A stretch of DNA of 63,901 nucleotides, counting the filler, from Octopus bimaculoides (taxonomy: Eukaryota): NCBI RefSeq assembly GCF_001194135.2. It is 6 parts of 6 records of this genome, joined end to end, with 100 filler letters (N's around TTAATTAATTAA, not from the genome) between each part and the next. Parts side by side here need not be neighbours in the genome. Positions count along the whole stretch, not along the records: positions 62,445 to 63,901 come from NC_068992.1; 5 more parts are not named here. The stretch is one strand, 5' to 3'. The translations under genes and the position numbers were made by a program. Below, piece after piece: positions 62,533 to 63,901 of this stretch. The notes below the pieces were generated by a model, which worked only from the letters and a program-made list of their open reading frames with translations, had not been told where the DNA came from and did not search any database. How positions within the stretch are numbered: the first letter of the stretch is position 1; the number at the start of each line of letters is the position of its first letter.

Positions 62533-63674
62533 TGTGTATGTGAGTTTATGTGTGTACCTGTACATCTACGTACCTACATCAAATAATTGAAATAGTTATG
62601 TTTCTTACAAACGTATTCCTTATTCCTGTAATTTCATACTAACACCATAATTTCAAAGTTATAAAAGCTGTGAGTCAAACGTGTAGCTATGAGCGAATCA
62701 GATAATATTATCCTTCTGTGACCTGCGTAACTTTCAATTAGGTTACATCATATAGTTGATCATTTCTTCGCTATTACACGACTTGCCATCAATGTATCGA
62801 TTACACGGGTATAAATCACTTGGTGAATCGAAAAAAATGAGAGATCATTGAATTGTGATACAAAACTGGTCTACATTGCCAAAGTAATACGATATCTGGA
62901 ATGTCAGAACTAAAAACTTCTATACATATGAGATTTACGTATTTATTCGTTTATATGAATATTGATAACGTTTGATTTTCTTTTTCTTTCAATCAGTTCC
63001 CACGTTTACATAGCCATTTGCAAACAGTACGGGATAAATCTAAATCCGGGCTGCTGCTTAAGATGCACAACACCGAACAAGAAATTTCACTTTTAATATG
63101 GGTACATACTATAAGCATAGTTTATGACACAAGTATTGATATTCGTAACATATATGAGCATTGATCCAAAGCAGTATATTTTACTATTTCATCTCGCTGC
63201 TACTACCTAATATTGGAATATTGAAATAAAGGAGATTTCAATCTTTTCCTTATATTAAATATTCAATAGCTTTATGATTACAGGTCACTGTTCGTTCAGG
63301 AAATTTGATGTGGAATATATAGTTATAGTTTACCAATGAAGCATTTATACACAAACATATTATCACATGTATATATTCAAATCATCTAAACATTATTCAC
63401 GACATGTCATACACAGATCAGTATGCTCCGATGCAAAACTGTAGTGTAGTAAACAGAGGGAAGCATAGATACCCAACAGGTGTAAATATAAATCTCTCTA
63501 TATTTTCACTTTCTCTACATTTACATACTGTTCTCTCGTTAAGTATTTATTTCTATCTTAACGTTTATCAACAAAATAATATAGACGTTCATCAATGTTA
63601 AACTATACACGTGCAAGCTCTAATCTATATCACCTTTATTCCAAATATTCTTTATTGTTCTTTTTCCCGTGGTT

Positions 63675-63718
<44 letters not shown>

Positions 63719-63901
63719 ACACACACACACACACATACAGGTGCATAAAATTGTCGTTGCTTTTTGCTTTCTTTATTCCAAAATTTTGTTTTGTTACAAC
63801 TTGTATGTTAACATTCTCTGAAGCAGATAATAAATACCCATATAATAATTAACGTGAGGTTCAAAGAGATGATGTCGTACATTATACCAATAAACAAATA
63901 A

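Overview
Eukaryotic, AT-rich, microsatellite- and SINE-dense draft-assembly sequence with many N gaps. The repeat families and low complexity look like an octopus genome, but that is an inference I could not check by search. Three protein-coding loci can be read by hand. (1) Minus strand: a cationic amino-acid transporter (SLC7A1-3/CAT, slimfast-like) with 13 phase-consistent coding exons (43336 to 29575, 1734 nt, 577 aa), a probable non-coding leader exon carrying one uORF, and a CCAAT/E-box/TATA promoter near 47.4-47.5 kb. (2) Plus strand: an unidentified coiled-coil gene with five solid exons (16772-19760) and weaker 3' exons converging on the transporter. (3) Plus strand: an isolated, open, divergent cyclooxygenase (PTGS)-like terminal exon (59676-60064) whose upstream exons I could not find in the readable sequence. 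The rest is decayed LINEs (Penelope-like, Dong/R4-like in (AAT)n tracts, Tx1/L1, RTE), a DD37D maT-type transposon relic, several MITEs with intact TSDs, about five SINE families and long inverted repeats. There are also three type I hammerhead-ribozyme candidates (57726+, 62278+, 3428-). No rRNA, true tRNA gene or CRISPR array is supported.
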